A stretch of DNA of 32,000 bases, from positions 1-32,000 of the forward strand of contig NZ_LZFO01000025.1 in NCBI RefSeq assembly GCF_001758365.1, written 5' to 3'. Source of the stretch: Clostridium acetireducens DSM 10703. Lineage in GTDB: Bacteria > Bacillota > Clostridia > Clostridiales > Clostridiaceae. A program made the translations under genes and the position numbers. The notes under the pieces are model-generated. The model searched no databases and was not told the origin of the DNA. It saw nothing but the letters and a program-made list of their open reading frames with translations. Of the stretch, positions 1 to 9,028 are shown one piece after another; the first letter of the stretch is position 1, and the number at the start of each line of letters is the position of its first letter.

Positions 1-9
1 AAGTATTCA

Positions 10-15
10 CTCCTC
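10..15 (-). promoter_or_regulatory. Shine-Dalgarno (GAGGAG) for a minus-strand gene whose start codon lies just left of the window
   Basis: The reverse complement of 1-20 reads acaaaGAGGAGtgaatactt. The SD sits 9 nt from the window edge, so the start codon itself is not visible. Confidence 0.3.
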
Positions 16-98
16 TTTGTTGTGTATTTTTGGTGGTACTTAAATATTCGACATTTTGGGGTGAATTTCCTTTTTGAATAATAAAAAAGTTAGTAAAA

Positions 99-1463
99 TC
101 AATGATTATAAAATATGAAATTTACTCTATTAATAAATTTTTTTAAAAACTTGTTTTTTATTTTAAACTCTTTTACTTCTTTAATTTCACAATTAACATT
201 TATATCAATAGATGGGGATTTGCTTAACATTACAAGTTGAGTAGGATATATACTTCTGTGACCTACAATCAAATATCCTATTACACAAACTATAGATGCA
301 TATATTCCAACCTCACTTCCAAACAACTCCATAGATATTACAATACCTGCTAAAGGAGTATTAGCACAGGCTGCTAAAAAAGAAACCATTCCTATTGCAG
401 AATATAAAGACAAGTTTGCATTTATAATACTAGCCCAAACATTTCCTAATGTAGCTCCTGTAAAAAGCATAGGTGTAAGTATTCCCCCACTTCCTCCTGA
501 ACCTAAAGTTAATGAAGTTGTTATAGTTTTAATAAAAAAAGAAAAACCATTAACTTCATTGCCTGATATAGCTTTACTTATAAATTCTTCTCCTATTCCT
601 ATATAATCCTTAGATTTTGTTACATATACTATTAATATAATTAATAATCCTCCAATTATTCCTTTTAGTGGTGCATATATATTTATATTATTAAAAGCTT
701 TTTCTATTCCTTCTACAATTTTAATAAAAATTAATGCAAATATGCCTATAACAATTCCAAAAATAACTAAATACAAAAACTTTTTAGGTGCAGAAACAGT
801 ACTTACAGGTATAAAATAATAAATCAAAGCCTTAGTTCCTAAATACTTTCCAGTAAAATAACTAAAAAATGTGGATATTATACTAGGCAAAAGAGAATTA
901 TAAGATATCTTTCCTATATATAAAACTTCACATGCAAAAATAGCAGCACCAATAGGTGCTCCAAATACGCCTACAAATCCTGCTCCTATACCACATACTA
1001 CTAATCTTTTTCTATCTTTATCATCTAACTTTAATAAATCAGAAAAAAAGGAACCCACAGCTGCACCTATTTGTGTAGCAGGTCCTTCTTCTCCTACTGA
1101 ACCCCCAAAAACAATTGTTATAAAAGTTGTTATAATTTTTACTGGAACAACTTTTATATTCATTTTTCCTTCTTTCATATTAACAGCCTCTATAGCCTTT
1201 TCTGTACCATGTCCTTTGGCATCAGGTGCTAATTTAATTATTATAAAACTGCTTAAAAATAAAGCTAAGGGAAGAAGTAAAAAATAATTATTATACTTAC
1301 ATGTTATGCTACATCCGTAGTCAATAAGCTTTATAAACAAAGACGTAATAGCACCAGCTAGTACACCTATAGTGGATGATAAAAAAAGCCATTTAAACAT
1401 ACTAGCAAATAGCACATATTCTTCTACAAAACTATTATTATTTAAATTATTTATATTAATCAC
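99..1463 (-). CDS. ClC-family chloride channel / Cl-:H+ antiporter, without C-terminal CBS domains
   Basis: 454-aa polytopic membrane protein with ClC signatures GSVGEEGPATQIG (GxEGP with gating Glu) and GAPIGAAIF. The start is uncertain: the GTG at 1461-1463 lies inside an AGAGGTG SD-like string, and the next in-frame starts are the GTG at codon 17 and the ATG at codon 22. Confidence 0.85.
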   Translation of the reverse strand: MININNLNNNSFVEEYVLFASMFKWLFLSSTIGVLAGAITSLFIKLIDYGCSITCKYNNYFLLLPLALFLSSFIIIKLAPDAKGHGTEKAIEAVNMKEGKMNIKVVPVKIITTFITIVFGGSVGEEGPATQIGAAVGSFFSDLLKLDDKDRKRLVVCGIGAGFVGVFGAPIGAAIFACEVLYIGKISYNSLLPSIISTFFSYFTGKYLGTKALIYYFIPVSTVSAPKKFLYLVIFGIVIGIFALIFIKIVEGIEKAFNNINIYAPLKGIIGGLLIILIVYVTKSKDYIGIGEEFISKAISGNEVNGFSFFIKTITTSLTLGSGGSGGILTPMLFTGATLGNVWASIINANLSLYSAIGMVSFLAACANTPLAGIVISMELFGSEVGIYASIVCVIGYLIVGHRSIYPTQLVMLSKSPSIDINVNCEIKEVKEFKIKNKFLKKFINRVNFIFYNH

Positions 1464-1480
1464 CTCTATACTAGTTTATT

Positions 1481-1518
1481 AAAAAAGTACATATATATAA
1501 ATAAATATATGTACTTTT
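1481..1518 (-). terminator. Rho-independent terminator after the mrp-like gene
   Basis: Stem aaaagtacatatat (1483-1496) pairs with atatatgtactttt (1505-1518). A T-run follows on the minus strand. Confidence 0.6.
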
Positions 1519-1523
1519 AAATA

Positions 1524-2366
1524 TTATTTTATATTATTATTAAAGTTTTCCAGTAGTATTTTATAATCTTCATAATCATTAGCAAATTTCTCAGCTTCAC
1601 CTTTTTCTAAGCTATCAACTAAATCTAAGTTTATAGGCATTTCTGCTAATAACGGTATACCTAAGTACTTTGCCTGTTCTTCAGCAGATTTTTTACTAAA
1701 TACTCTTAATTTTTCTCCACATTTAGAACACTTTACATAAGACATATTTTCAACTACACCTACAATATTTACATCCATCTTTTGAGCCATAATAACAACT
1801 TTTTTAACTATCATAGAAACCATATCTTGAGGTGTTGAAACAATAACCATTCCATCTACAGGAAGACTCTGCATAATAGTTAAAGCTATATCTCCTGTTC
1901 CTGGAGGCATATCTATAAGGAGATAATCTAAATCATCCCACTGAGTATCAGTATACATTTGAGTTAAAACTCCTGTAATTAATGGTCCTCTCCATATAAC
2001 TGGTTCTTCTTCTTCCTCTGTTAATAAATTTAATGAAATCACTTTTATTCCTAAAGGTGTTTCAACAGGCAAAAATTTTATGTCTTCTTGGCTTATAGGT
2101 ATCATATCTGCTCTTTTTTCATTTATACCAAAAAATCTAGGCATAGATGGTCCTGTTATATCTGCATCTAAAACTCCCACCTTATAACCTGCTTTTTTTA
2201 ATTGAACTGCAAGAATTCCTGTTACTGTGGATTTTCCTACTCCGCCTTTTCCACTTATAACACCTATTATTTTTTTTATTTTCCCATACTTAGGAAATAT
2301 TCTTGAACAGGTACTTTCATCACTATTGCAATTTCCTTTGCTAGGACAATTATCACAATTACTCAT
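1524..2366 (-). CDS. mrp: Mrp/NBP35/ApbC-family iron-sulfur cluster carrier ATPase
   Basis: Deviant Walker A GKGGVGKST, DMPPGTGD, a late CSKCG pair, and an N-terminal Cys-rich tail (C4, C7, C13, C20). SD GGAGGGAAG lies upstream of the ATG. Confidence 0.9.
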   Translation of the reverse strand: MSNCDNCPSKGNCNSDESTCSRIFPKYGKIKKIIGVISGKGGVGKSTVTGILAVQLKKAGYKVGVLDADITGPSMPRFFGINEKRADMIPISQEDIKFLPVETPLGIKVISLNLLTEEEEEPVIWRGPLITGVLTQMYTDTQWDDLDYLLIDMPPGTGDIALTIMQSLPVDGMVIVSTPQDMVSMIVKKVVIMAQKMDVNIVGVVENMSYVKCSKCGEKLRVFSKKSAEEQAKYLGIPLLAEMPINLDLVDSLEKGEAEKFANDYEDYKILLENFNNNIK

Positions 2367-2464
2367 ATTATCTTCCCTCCAAACCTATTTTAAAATAATT
2401 TAACTTTTACTTAAATATTATAACATAAATATTCTACATTATTATTGTCAAATGCTATTTATAA

Positions 2465-3319
2465 TTAGAAATCTTTTGGTCTATCCTTACTTGTATATAT
2501 ATCTATTTCCCATCTTCCATTATCATATTTGTTATAAATATAATATTTAGTTTCTGTTTGATCTTTTCTATTTCTAAAAGTAACTATACCCTTATACAAT
2601 CTAGATTTATAGCCCTCTGTTTTAACTGTCATAATTATATCATATTTATTAGCATTGTAATTTTTGCTAACTAATTCAACATTACCATTAAATTTACTTG
2701 ATAATCTATTTTTAAATTCCTCTAAATCATAAGACAATATAAATTTAGCTATGGATATATCATCATTTATATTTAATCCTATAATTTTATCTTTTCCATA
2801 TTTTTCCTGATATTTCTCTATAACTTCTACTATTGAATTATAATAAACTTTTTCAAAATCTTTAGGTTTTCTTATATTCCAAAAGTTTTTAATTATATCA
2901 TTATCTATTCTTTTAGAAACTATATAAACTTTATTATTATTATATAAATTTCCTCCATCTTTTTTGTCTAATCCTGCTACATACTTGAACTTATGTATTT
3001 TATTATGTCCTTCATACATCTCAAATATATAATCAGGTTCTAAAAAAGATTTTTGTTTTGCTTCTTTAGCACTAGATAATATATCATATAGTCGTTTTAT
3101 AGAATTCTGATCTGTAACTATAAATCTAAATCCTGGATCCCTAGTATTTTGTATTACTATTTTTTCTACTTTACCTTGCTTTATATATTCAAAATTATTA
3201 TTTTTAATTCCTAATTTTAATTGCAAAGAGTTTAAAGTATTGCATCCGCTAAAAACAAAAATGAAAAATATAAATAAAAAAAATATTTTTATTATATTTT
3301 TATATTTAAAATTCAACAT
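2465..3319 (-). CDS. Hypothetical lipoprotein
   Basis: N-terminal signal peptide ending in the lipobox VFSGC (Cys26). SD AGAGGTG sits 9 nt upstream of the ATG. The gene lies directly downstream of lgt. I recognise no catalytic motif. Confidence 0.7.
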   Translation of the reverse strand: MLNFKYKNIIKIFFLFIFFIFVFSGCNTLNSLQLKLGIKNNNFEYIKQGKVEKIVIQNTRDPGFRFIVTDQNSIKRLYDILSSAKEAKQKSFLEPDYIFEMYEGHNKIHKFKYVAGLDKKDGGNLYNNNKVYIVSKRIDNDIIKNFWNIRKPKDFEKVYYNSIVEVIEKYQEKYGKDKIIGLNINDDISIAKFILSYDLEEFKNRLSSKFNGNVELVSKNYNANKYDIIMTVKTEGYKSRLYKGIVTFRNRKDQTETKYYIYNKYDNGRWEIDIYTSKDRPKDF

Positions 3320-3340
3320 AAATTTTTACACCTCTAATTT

Positions 3341-4078
3341 TTATTTCCTTTTGCAAATTATAATGCCTGCAACTAATACAAAAATACTTATAAATTGAGA
3401 TGTAGAAAGAAAGTTTACATTTCCTCTTGGATCCCCTCTTAGAAATTCTACAAAAAATCTTCCTACACTATATAATATTAAATACAATCCAAAAACTCTG
3501 CCTTTTTTATTACTTTTCTTATCATACCATAACAATATAAATGTAATAATAAAGTCAAATATAGATGAATAAATTTGAGTAGGATGTCTAATAACTCCAC
3601 TAGGTGCAAAAGGTGAATTTATAAATTCAACTCCAATAGGCAAGGATGTTTCTTTTCCATAACAACATCCTGCAAGCAAACAACCTATTCTTCCAAAACC
3701 TTGAGCTAATGGTACAGAAGGAGCAATTAAATCCAATGTTTCAAATACATTCCATTTTTTACTTTTAGAATAAAAATATATGCCTACTATTCCTCCAATT
3801 ATTGCTCCATAAATTACAAAACCGCTGCCAATATCTTTTAAAATCATAGGATTTTTAAATATATTTCTTATTTCGGTAATCACAAACAATGTTTTACCGC
3901 CAACTATTCCAGATATAATTGCTATCATAAGCATATTCCATATGCTATCTTCATCATAACAAGTATTCTTACTTCTATAATTTACTAGTAAAATAGCAAA
4001 AACTATGCCAATTGCTATCATAGTTCCATATCCGTATACATTAATACCAAATATGTTAAATAATATTGGCTTCATCAT
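3341..4078 (-). CDS. lgt: Prolipoprotein diacylglyceryl transferase
   Basis: GRIGCLLAGCCYG and HPTQIYS signatures, about 7 TM helices, typical length of 245 aa. Confidence 0.95.
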   Translation of the reverse strand: MMKPILFNIFGINVYGYGTMIAIGIVFAILLVNYRSKNTCYDEDSIWNMLMIAIISGIVGGKTLFVITEIRNIFKNPMILKDIGSGFVIYGAIIGGIVGIYFYSKSKKWNVFETLDLIAPSVPLAQGFGRIGCLLAGCCYGKETSLPIGVEFINSPFAPSGVIRHPTQIYSSIFDFIITFILLWYDKKSNKKGRVFGLYLILYSVGRFFVEFLRGDPRGNVNFLSTSQFISIFVLVAGIIICKRK

Positions 4079-4130
4079 TTACCTCCTATTTAGATTTAAT
4101 AAACACATTAACATTATATCATAAACAATA

Positions 4131-4173
4131 AAAAAAATAACTCATGCATAGTTATTTTATACAATGAGTTATT
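4131..4173 (-). terminator. Rho-independent terminator after the 4169-4756 gene
   Basis: On the minus strand, aataactcat ... atgagttatt forms a 10-bp stem followed by tttttttt. It overlaps the stop codon. Confidence 0.5.
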
Positions 4174-4756
4174 CATTATAGTTAAAAGTATTAACTATAG
4201 TAGTAAACACTGTAGGCATATTTTCTTTAAAGTTTTTTTCCTCTACAAAAAACGAAAACCTAAAAAATTTATTCTTGTTTTTTATAAAATACTCATAGGA
4301 TTTATACTTTTTATTTTTAGATGTAATCATATTATATTGTACTAAGTATGCTTTGTTATTTTTTATTTTAATTTCACTTAAAGAATAATCCATACATTCA
4401 TTTTGCATTTCAGATATTTCTTTACTTTCCTCTAAATAAATTTTTAAATCTTTTTTTAAGTTCCAAACTTGTACAAAACCATGTATGCTTAAATCTTTAG
4501 AATGAAAATCATTGTGATAAATTATTTCCTCTCCCGAAAAAACTTTTTCATCTGTTATCCATTCCTCTGGAAGTTTATATTTAAATTTTTTATTTAAAGC
4601 TTCATATTCTTTTAAAGAATTTATATTATTTTGTATTAATGAAGTATAATTTAATCTTTCCTGAAAATTAGACTGAATTCCTATTAATATAATTATAAGA
4701 CCAATTATAATTAAAACAATGCTTAATCTTTTTTTATTTAACACTAAAAATTTCAT
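4169..4756 (-). CDS. Hypothetical membrane-anchored protein
   Basis: 195 aa with a single N-terminal TM helix (LSIVLIIIGLIIILIGI) followed by a soluble domain. No motif recognised. Confidence 0.65.
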   Translation of the reverse strand: MKFLVLNKKRLSIVLIIIGLIIILIGIQSNFQERLNYTSLIQNNINSLKEYEALNKKFKYKLPEEWITDEKVFSGEEIIYHNDFHSKDLSIHGFVQVWNLKKDLKIYLEESKEISEMQNECMDYSLSEIKIKNNKAYLVQYNMITSKNKKYKSYEYFIKNKNKFFRFSFFVEEKNFKENMPTVFTTIVNTFNYNE

Positions 4757-4855
4757 AATATATTACTCCTTTATTTAAAAGTCTTTACTTAAACCTCATT
4801 CATATTAAATATATGAATCAGATTTTAAAAATATTATATAAAAGATAAAAAAAAT

Positions 4856-4876
4856 AAGGCATGCACTGCACACCTT
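4856..4876 (-). terminator. Probable terminator after the tetrad-repeat protein gene
   Basis: The minus strand reads aaggtgtgcagtgcatgcctt followed by an 8-T run. The stem includes G-U pairs. Confidence 0.4.
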
Positions 4877-6410
4877 ATTTAATAGGAATTAATATTGTAG
4901 AATTTTTAAAATCATAAAACATAAGCCAATATCCTGTATCACTTTTATCATTTAGTGGTACCCAAGTTACAAATCCAGATTTGCCTTTATAAGGTTGATC
5001 TTTTTCTTTTTTAGTTCCCGGTATTCCATAAACAATATATTTAATGTGTCCTATTTCATCTAACTTATATCCTAATATATAGTGATAATATTTATTTATA
5101 TATGAATAATGATTTAGTATAGGATAATATAATAGTATATTTGATACATTATACATGTCTTTAAAATCTCTTACAGGAATTTTGTACCAATAACATCTTT
5201 TTATATCTGGACAAAAGTTCTTTAAAGGCTCAAATTCTTTTAATAATTTTTTAAAAAAGTTGTTTGTTATTTTTACAGGTTCTTTAACATCCTTTATATG
5301 TTCATTAAAAATATGTCCTCTATTAGAATCAAAATCATTTACTATAGTATCATCCACTAACATACAATTATCTACGCTATTTATATTTTGTTCTAATTCA
5401 TAATGATTTTTAACAAATTCATTATTTGTTTTATATTTATCATTGTTTTGTTTACTTTCTAATAATATTTCTTGTTTAATCTCTTCCCTTATTTCATTTT
5501 TTAATTCTTCTCTTAATTCTTTCCTTATTTTTTCTTTTGTTTCTTCATTTATTTCTTCTTTTACTTCTTCTCTTGCTTCTTCTTTTGCTTTTTCCTTTGC
5601 TTTTTCTTTTGCTTCTTCTTTTACTTCTTCTCTTACTTTTTCCTTTGCTTTTTCTTTTGCTTCTTCTTTTACTTCTTCTTTTGCTTTTTCTTTTGCTTCT
5701 TCTTTTACTTCTTCTTTTGCTTTTTCTTTTGCTTCTTCTTTTACTTCTTCTTTTATTTCTTCTTTTGCTTTTTCCTTTGCTTCTTCTTTTACTTCTTCTC
5801 TTACTTTTTCTTTTGCTCTTTCTTTTGCTTCTTCTTTTGCTTCTTCTTTTACTTTTTCTTTTGCTTTTTCCTTTACTTTCTCTATACTTTGTTCATATTT
5901 ATCAAATATACTTTTTTCTTCTTTAGATTTGCTTTTTTCTTTATTTTCACTAGTATAATGATCTTTATAGTCTCTTGTTTTATCTTCTATTATTTTGTAC
6001 TCTTTCCAATTAGGAATGTTGGTAGAAGTAAATCCACTCATTATAGGTATTATATTTGAATCTAATAATTTGATTATTGCAGCTCCTGAAACTTTATCCA
6101 CTGATAATCCTGTATTAGCTAAATTATTGGAATTATATTCATTTGAGATATCACTTCTTCCATAATCATCTATGTTTACTTCTCCAACTTTTATAAGTTT
6201 ATTTTCATTTTTTTTGCCACATATTAAAATAATATAGTAAGGTGAATTTTCTCTTTTTAAATTTTGAACATAATAAGATACCTTACACTTTTCTCCTTTT
6301 ACTTCTAACTTAACATATCCTGTAGGACTTTTATCTTTTTCTATTCCATATCCTTTTTCGTTTTCTTGTAATATAATAAAATACCTACTATAATTCTTTT
6401 TTTGTGCCAA
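4875..6410 (-). CDS. Hypothetical three-part protein: N-terminal globular domain, 136-aa K-E-x-aliphatic tetrad array, Tyr-rich C-terminal domain
   Basis: 511-aa ORF with a TTG start at 6408-6410 and GGAGG 9 nt upstream (6420-6424). There is no in-frame ATG until residue 124. The repeat stays in frame throughout. Confidence 0.8.
   Translation of the reverse strand: MAQKKNYSRYFIILQENEKGYGIEKDKSPTGYVKLEVKGEKCKVSYYVQNLKRENSPYYIILICGKKNENKLIKVGEVNIDDYGRSDISNEYNSNNLANTGLSVDKVSGAAIIKLLDSNIIPIMSGFTSTNIPNWKEYKIIEDKTRDYKDHYTSENKEKSKSKEEKSIFDKYEQSIEKVKEKAKEKVKEEAKEEAKERAKEKVREEVKEEAKEKAKEEIKEEVKEEAKEKAKEEVKEEAKEKAKEEVKEEAKEKAKEKVREEVKEEAKEKAKEKAKEEAREEVKEEINEETKEKIRKELREELKNEIREEIKQEILLESKQNNDKYKTNNEFVKNHYELEQNINSVDNCMLVDDTIVNDFDSNRGHIFNEHIKDVKEPVKITNNFFKKLLKEFEPLKNFCPDIKRCYWYKIPVRDFKDMYNVSNILLYYPILNHYSYINKYYHYILGYKLDEIGHIKYIVYGIPGTKKEKDQPYKGKSGFVTWVPLNDKSDTGYWLMFYDFKNSTILIPIK
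5466..5873 (-). repeat. In-frame coding tandem repeat: 12-nt tetrad unit with a 36-nt higher-order unit
   Basis: Residues 180-315 are 34 consecutive tetrads of [K/R/N]-[E/K/N/Q]-[E/K/R]-[A/V/I/L/T]. The 36-nt units at 5679-5714 and 5715-5750 are identical, and 5643-5678 differs by one base. Confidence 0.9.
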
Positions 6411-6478
6411 TTTATAAAACCTCCATATATACCTTATTCATTATAATATATGAAGTATTTATCAAAAAGTGAACTAAC

Positions 6479-7321
6479 TTAATTATTTATTAGATTTAAA
6501 ATATTATTAGATAATTTTGCAAACTCTTCTATAGTTAAAGTTTCACCTCTTCTTTTTGGATCAATATTAGATTCTTTAAAAGAAAATTCTATTATATCAT
6601 TAGGTATTTTTAAATTTTTTAATGCGTTTTTTAAAGTTTTTCTTCTCATATTAAAAGAACTTCTTATTAATTCAAAGAAAAACTTTTCATCTTTAACGTA
6701 TGCTCTAGGAGTATCTAATTTATCTAATTTTATTATAGTAGATTCTACTTTAGGTTGAGGAATAAAAGACTGAGGAGGTACTTTTCTTATTGTATAAGCA
6801 TTACAATAATATTGTACTAGTATGGAAATAGAACCATATTCCTTACAATTAGGTTTTGCGTTTATTCTATCAGCTACTTCTTTTTGTATCATAATTGTTA
6901 AAGAATTAAAATTATACTTTCCCAATAGTAACTTAGAAATTATAGGTGTTGTTATGTAATAGGGTAAGTTTGCAACAACCTTAAAATTAGTATTTTCACC
7001 TACAATTTCATTAAAATTAACTTTCATGGCATCCTTATGTATTACTTCTACATTGTTACATTCTTTAAATTCTTCTTTTAATATAGGTATTAATTTTGAG
7101 TCTATTTCTATAGAATATACCTTTTTACAATTTAAAGAGAGTTCTTTAGTTAAAGTTCCTACTCCAGGACCTATTTCAATAACAGTATCATCTTTATCAA
7201 TATTAGAGCCTTCTACAATATCTCTTACAACTGATGAATCTATTAAAAAATTTTGTCCTAATGATTTAGAAAATTTAAATCCATATTTTTTTACAATATC
7301 TTTTGTATTTATATTAATCAT
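6479..7321 (-). CDS. rsmA: 16S rRNA (adenine1518/1519-N6)-dimethyltransferase
   Basis: SLGQNFL, the SAM motif [10 protein letters not shown], and NLPYYITT. I prefer the ATG at 7319-7321, which has GGAAGTG 6 nt upstream. The ORF track begins at the GTG at 7328-7330. Either start overlaps the rnmV stop (7314-7316). Confidence 0.93.
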   Translation of the reverse strand: MININTKDIVKKYGFKFSKSLGQNFLIDSSVVRDIVEGSNIDKDDTVIEIGPGVGTLTKELSLNCKKVYSIEIDSKLIPILKEEFKECNNVEVIHKDAMKVNFNEIVGENTNFKVVANLPYYITTPIISKLLLGKYNFNSLTIMIQKEVADRINAKPNCKEYGSISILVQYYCNAYTIRKVPPQSFIPQPKVESTIIKLDKLDTPRAYVKDEKFFFELIRSSFNMRRKTLKNALKNLKIPNDIIEFSFKESNIDPKRRGETLTIEEFAKLSNNILNLINN

Positions 7322-7880
7322 TTTTTTCACTTCCTGAATATAAAATTTTATCTATTTTATTTATTGCCTTAATAAACTCTTCTCTTTTTATACCATAGTT
7401 ATTAAGTCTTTTTAAAAATTGAGAAGCATTACAATATCCTATCCTTAATTCTTTCCCTAACATATCTCTCTTAATTTTAGCTTTATCATTTCCTAACAAA
7501 TCAAAACTTATTAAATCTTTTGTAGTAAAATTTTGTTTTTTTTCTTTTATTTCACATTTAGCTGAGTTTAAAGCTTTTATTATTGTTTCTGGTTTTGCAT
7601 TTTCAACGCCAATATCTCCACTTTTATACCCTTCATCTTTTGATATATATGCATGTTTTATTCCCTGAACCCTTTTAGATATAATCTTTCTTATTTTTTC
7701 TCCTGCAAAATCAGGATCTGTTAAAATTATTACTCCTTGCCTCTTTTGAGCTTCTCTTATTCTTTCAATTACATTTTTATTTATTCCAAAACCTCCTACT
7801 GCTATAACCTCTGCATCTACTGCTCTCTTTACTGCAGTTATATCATCTCTACCTTCTACTACAATCACTTCTTTAATCAT
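7314..7880 (-). CDS. rnmV: Ribonuclease M5 (Toprim domain)
   Basis: VVEGRDD ... [12 protein letters not shown] Toprim acidic motifs, 188 aa, and the conserved position between yabE and ksgA. Confidence 0.9.
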   Translation of the reverse strand: MIKEVIVVEGRDDITAVKRAVDAEVIAVGGFGINKNVIERIREAQKRQGVIILTDPDFAGEKIRKIISKRVQGIKHAYISKDEGYKSGDIGVENAKPETIIKALNSAKCEIKEKKQNFTTKDLISFDLLGNDKAKIKRDMLGKELRIGYCNASQFLKRLNNYGIKREEFIKAINKIDKILYSGSEKND

Positions 7881-7907
7881 ATACTAACACCTCCTTAAAA
7901 TTATAAA

Positions 7908-7931
7908 GAAAAAAAGGAGCTAAAAGCCCCT
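7908..7931 (-). terminator. Weak terminator or attenuator between yabE and rnmV
   Basis: The minus strand reads AGGGGC-uuuua-GCUCCU (6 bp, one G-U pair) followed by 7 Us. It overlaps the yabE TAG stop. Confidence 0.45.
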
Positions 7932-8961
7932 ATTTTAAAATATAAACATTAACCTGTCTAACACCCCAATTGTATACTTCACTTTTAGAAGAAAAGAATA
8001 AATCTATTCTATTACCTTTTATTGCTCCACCTGTATCTTCTGCTATAGCATATCCGTATCCTTCTATATAAAGTTTTGTACCAAGAGGAATAATTCTTGG
8101 ATCTACTGCTACAGAACTATACCCACTATTGCTTCTTCTTGCAACTGTACCCGTTGCAGTGATTCCAAAATCATAATCTCCAGGATTCTTACCTGTAGAA
8201 GCATAGTCTGAAGTATATGCTGTAGCTCTCATATTTAAAACTTTATTATACTGAATACTATCTCCTCCTCTAGAAGGTCTATATACTCCTAGAGTACCTA
8301 ACGCTACTATTTTGTCTGTTGGTTTTTTAGTTACTATCTCTTTTATAATTTTTCTTGAAACTTCTTTTCCATTTTCATATATTACTCTAGTTGAAACTGA
8401 CTTTTTTCCATCTTGACCTTCTTGCTTTACTACTTTTTTACCTTCTTCTATTCCATCATCTTTATTTACCACTGTAGAATAAGATATAGGTTTATCTTCT
8501 GTAATAACTTTAGATTCAACTCTAGTAATAGCTACTTTCATACCTTCTTTAATTTCAGAATTTTTTGAAGGATAAACTCTGTCAAGTCCCTTTAAAGCTA
8601 TTTTCTCTGCTTTTAACATATTGGCTACATTTCTTTCAGCAGATTTTACTTTTAAATTTTTGCCATCAACCTTTACTGTTAAATCAACAGCCCTCTTTAC
8701 TACTATTTTAGTTTTATCTTTAATTTTGCTGTCAAGAGATGGCGATGCTTTATCTTTTGGCCCTACAATTATATTATTTGCCGTTAAAGCTTTTCTATAA
8801 GTATCTCTAAAAGTTGTAATTTCTATTTTTTTATTGTCTATAGATACTGTTATTGTTTTTCTAGTGTTAAATATAAATACTGTCACGCTTAACATTATAA
8901 GAACAAATACAAATATTGCCTTAGGACCATAGGAAAAATACTTTTTTAATTTTTCCACCAT
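7930..8961 (-). CDS. yabE: YabE-like cell-wall protein (N-terminal TM anchor, DUF348 repeats, G5 domain, C-terminal 3D/RlpA-like domain)
   Basis: G5-like segment VSTRVIYENGKEVSRKI. 3D-domain segment ATAYT...VAVDPRIIPLGTKLYIEGYGYAIAEDTGGAIKGNRIDLFF. The gene sits in the synteny tatD-yabE-rnmV-ksgA. Confidence 0.9.
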   Translation of the reverse strand: MVEKLKKYFSYGPKAIFVFVLIMLSVTVFIFNTRKTITVSIDNKKIEITTFRDTYRKALTANNIIVGPKDKASPSLDSKIKDKTKIVVKRAVDLTVKVDGKNLKVKSAERNVANMLKAEKIALKGLDRVYPSKNSEIKEGMKVAITRVESKVITEDKPISYSTVVNKDDGIEEGKKVVKQEGQDGKKSVSTRVIYENGKEVSRKIIKEIVTKKPTDKIVALGTLGVYRPSRGGDSIQYNKVLNMRATAYTSDYASTGKNPGDYDFGITATGTVARRSNSGYSSVAVDPRIIPLGTKLYIEGYGYAIAEDTGGAIKGNRIDLFFSSKSEVYNWGVRQVNVYILK

Positions 8962-8999
8962 AAAAATATACCTCCTTTTGGCAAGAGCGACACGAAAAT

Positions 9000-9028
9000 A
9001 TTATACTTGTGATAATTAATTTTGTCAA
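9000..9028 (-). promoter_or_regulatory. Consensus sigma-A type promoter for yabE
   Basis: On the minus strand, TTGACA (9023-9028), an exact 17-nt spacer and TATAAT (9000-9005). It lies about 40 nt upstream of the yabE ATG. Confidence 0.65.

Noticed and set aside
1464-1523. Possible fluoride riboswitch upstream of the ClC gene (ClC-F genes often carry one)
   Set aside because: The gap is only 60 nt and is filled by an AT-rich terminator hairpin. It has no G/C-rich pseudoknot core like the crcB motif. The protein also has a canonical GxEGP motif rather than the ClC-F variant.
2417-2458. Canonical promoter for mrp from TTGACA (~2447-2452, minus strand) and TATAAT (2417-2422)
   Set aside because: The two hexamers are about 23 nt apart, too far for a standard sigma-A promoter. 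An extended -10 (TGtTATAAT) may act alone, but I could not support it well enough to list it.
5443-5958. Plus-strand ORFs (171 aa at 5443-5958 and 129 aa at 5537-5926) made of Ser/Phe/Leu runs
   Set aside because: They are the antisense reading of the K/E tetrad repeat (TTC/TTT/CTT codons). They have no SD, a nonsensical composition, and lie wholly inside a well-supported minus-strand gene.
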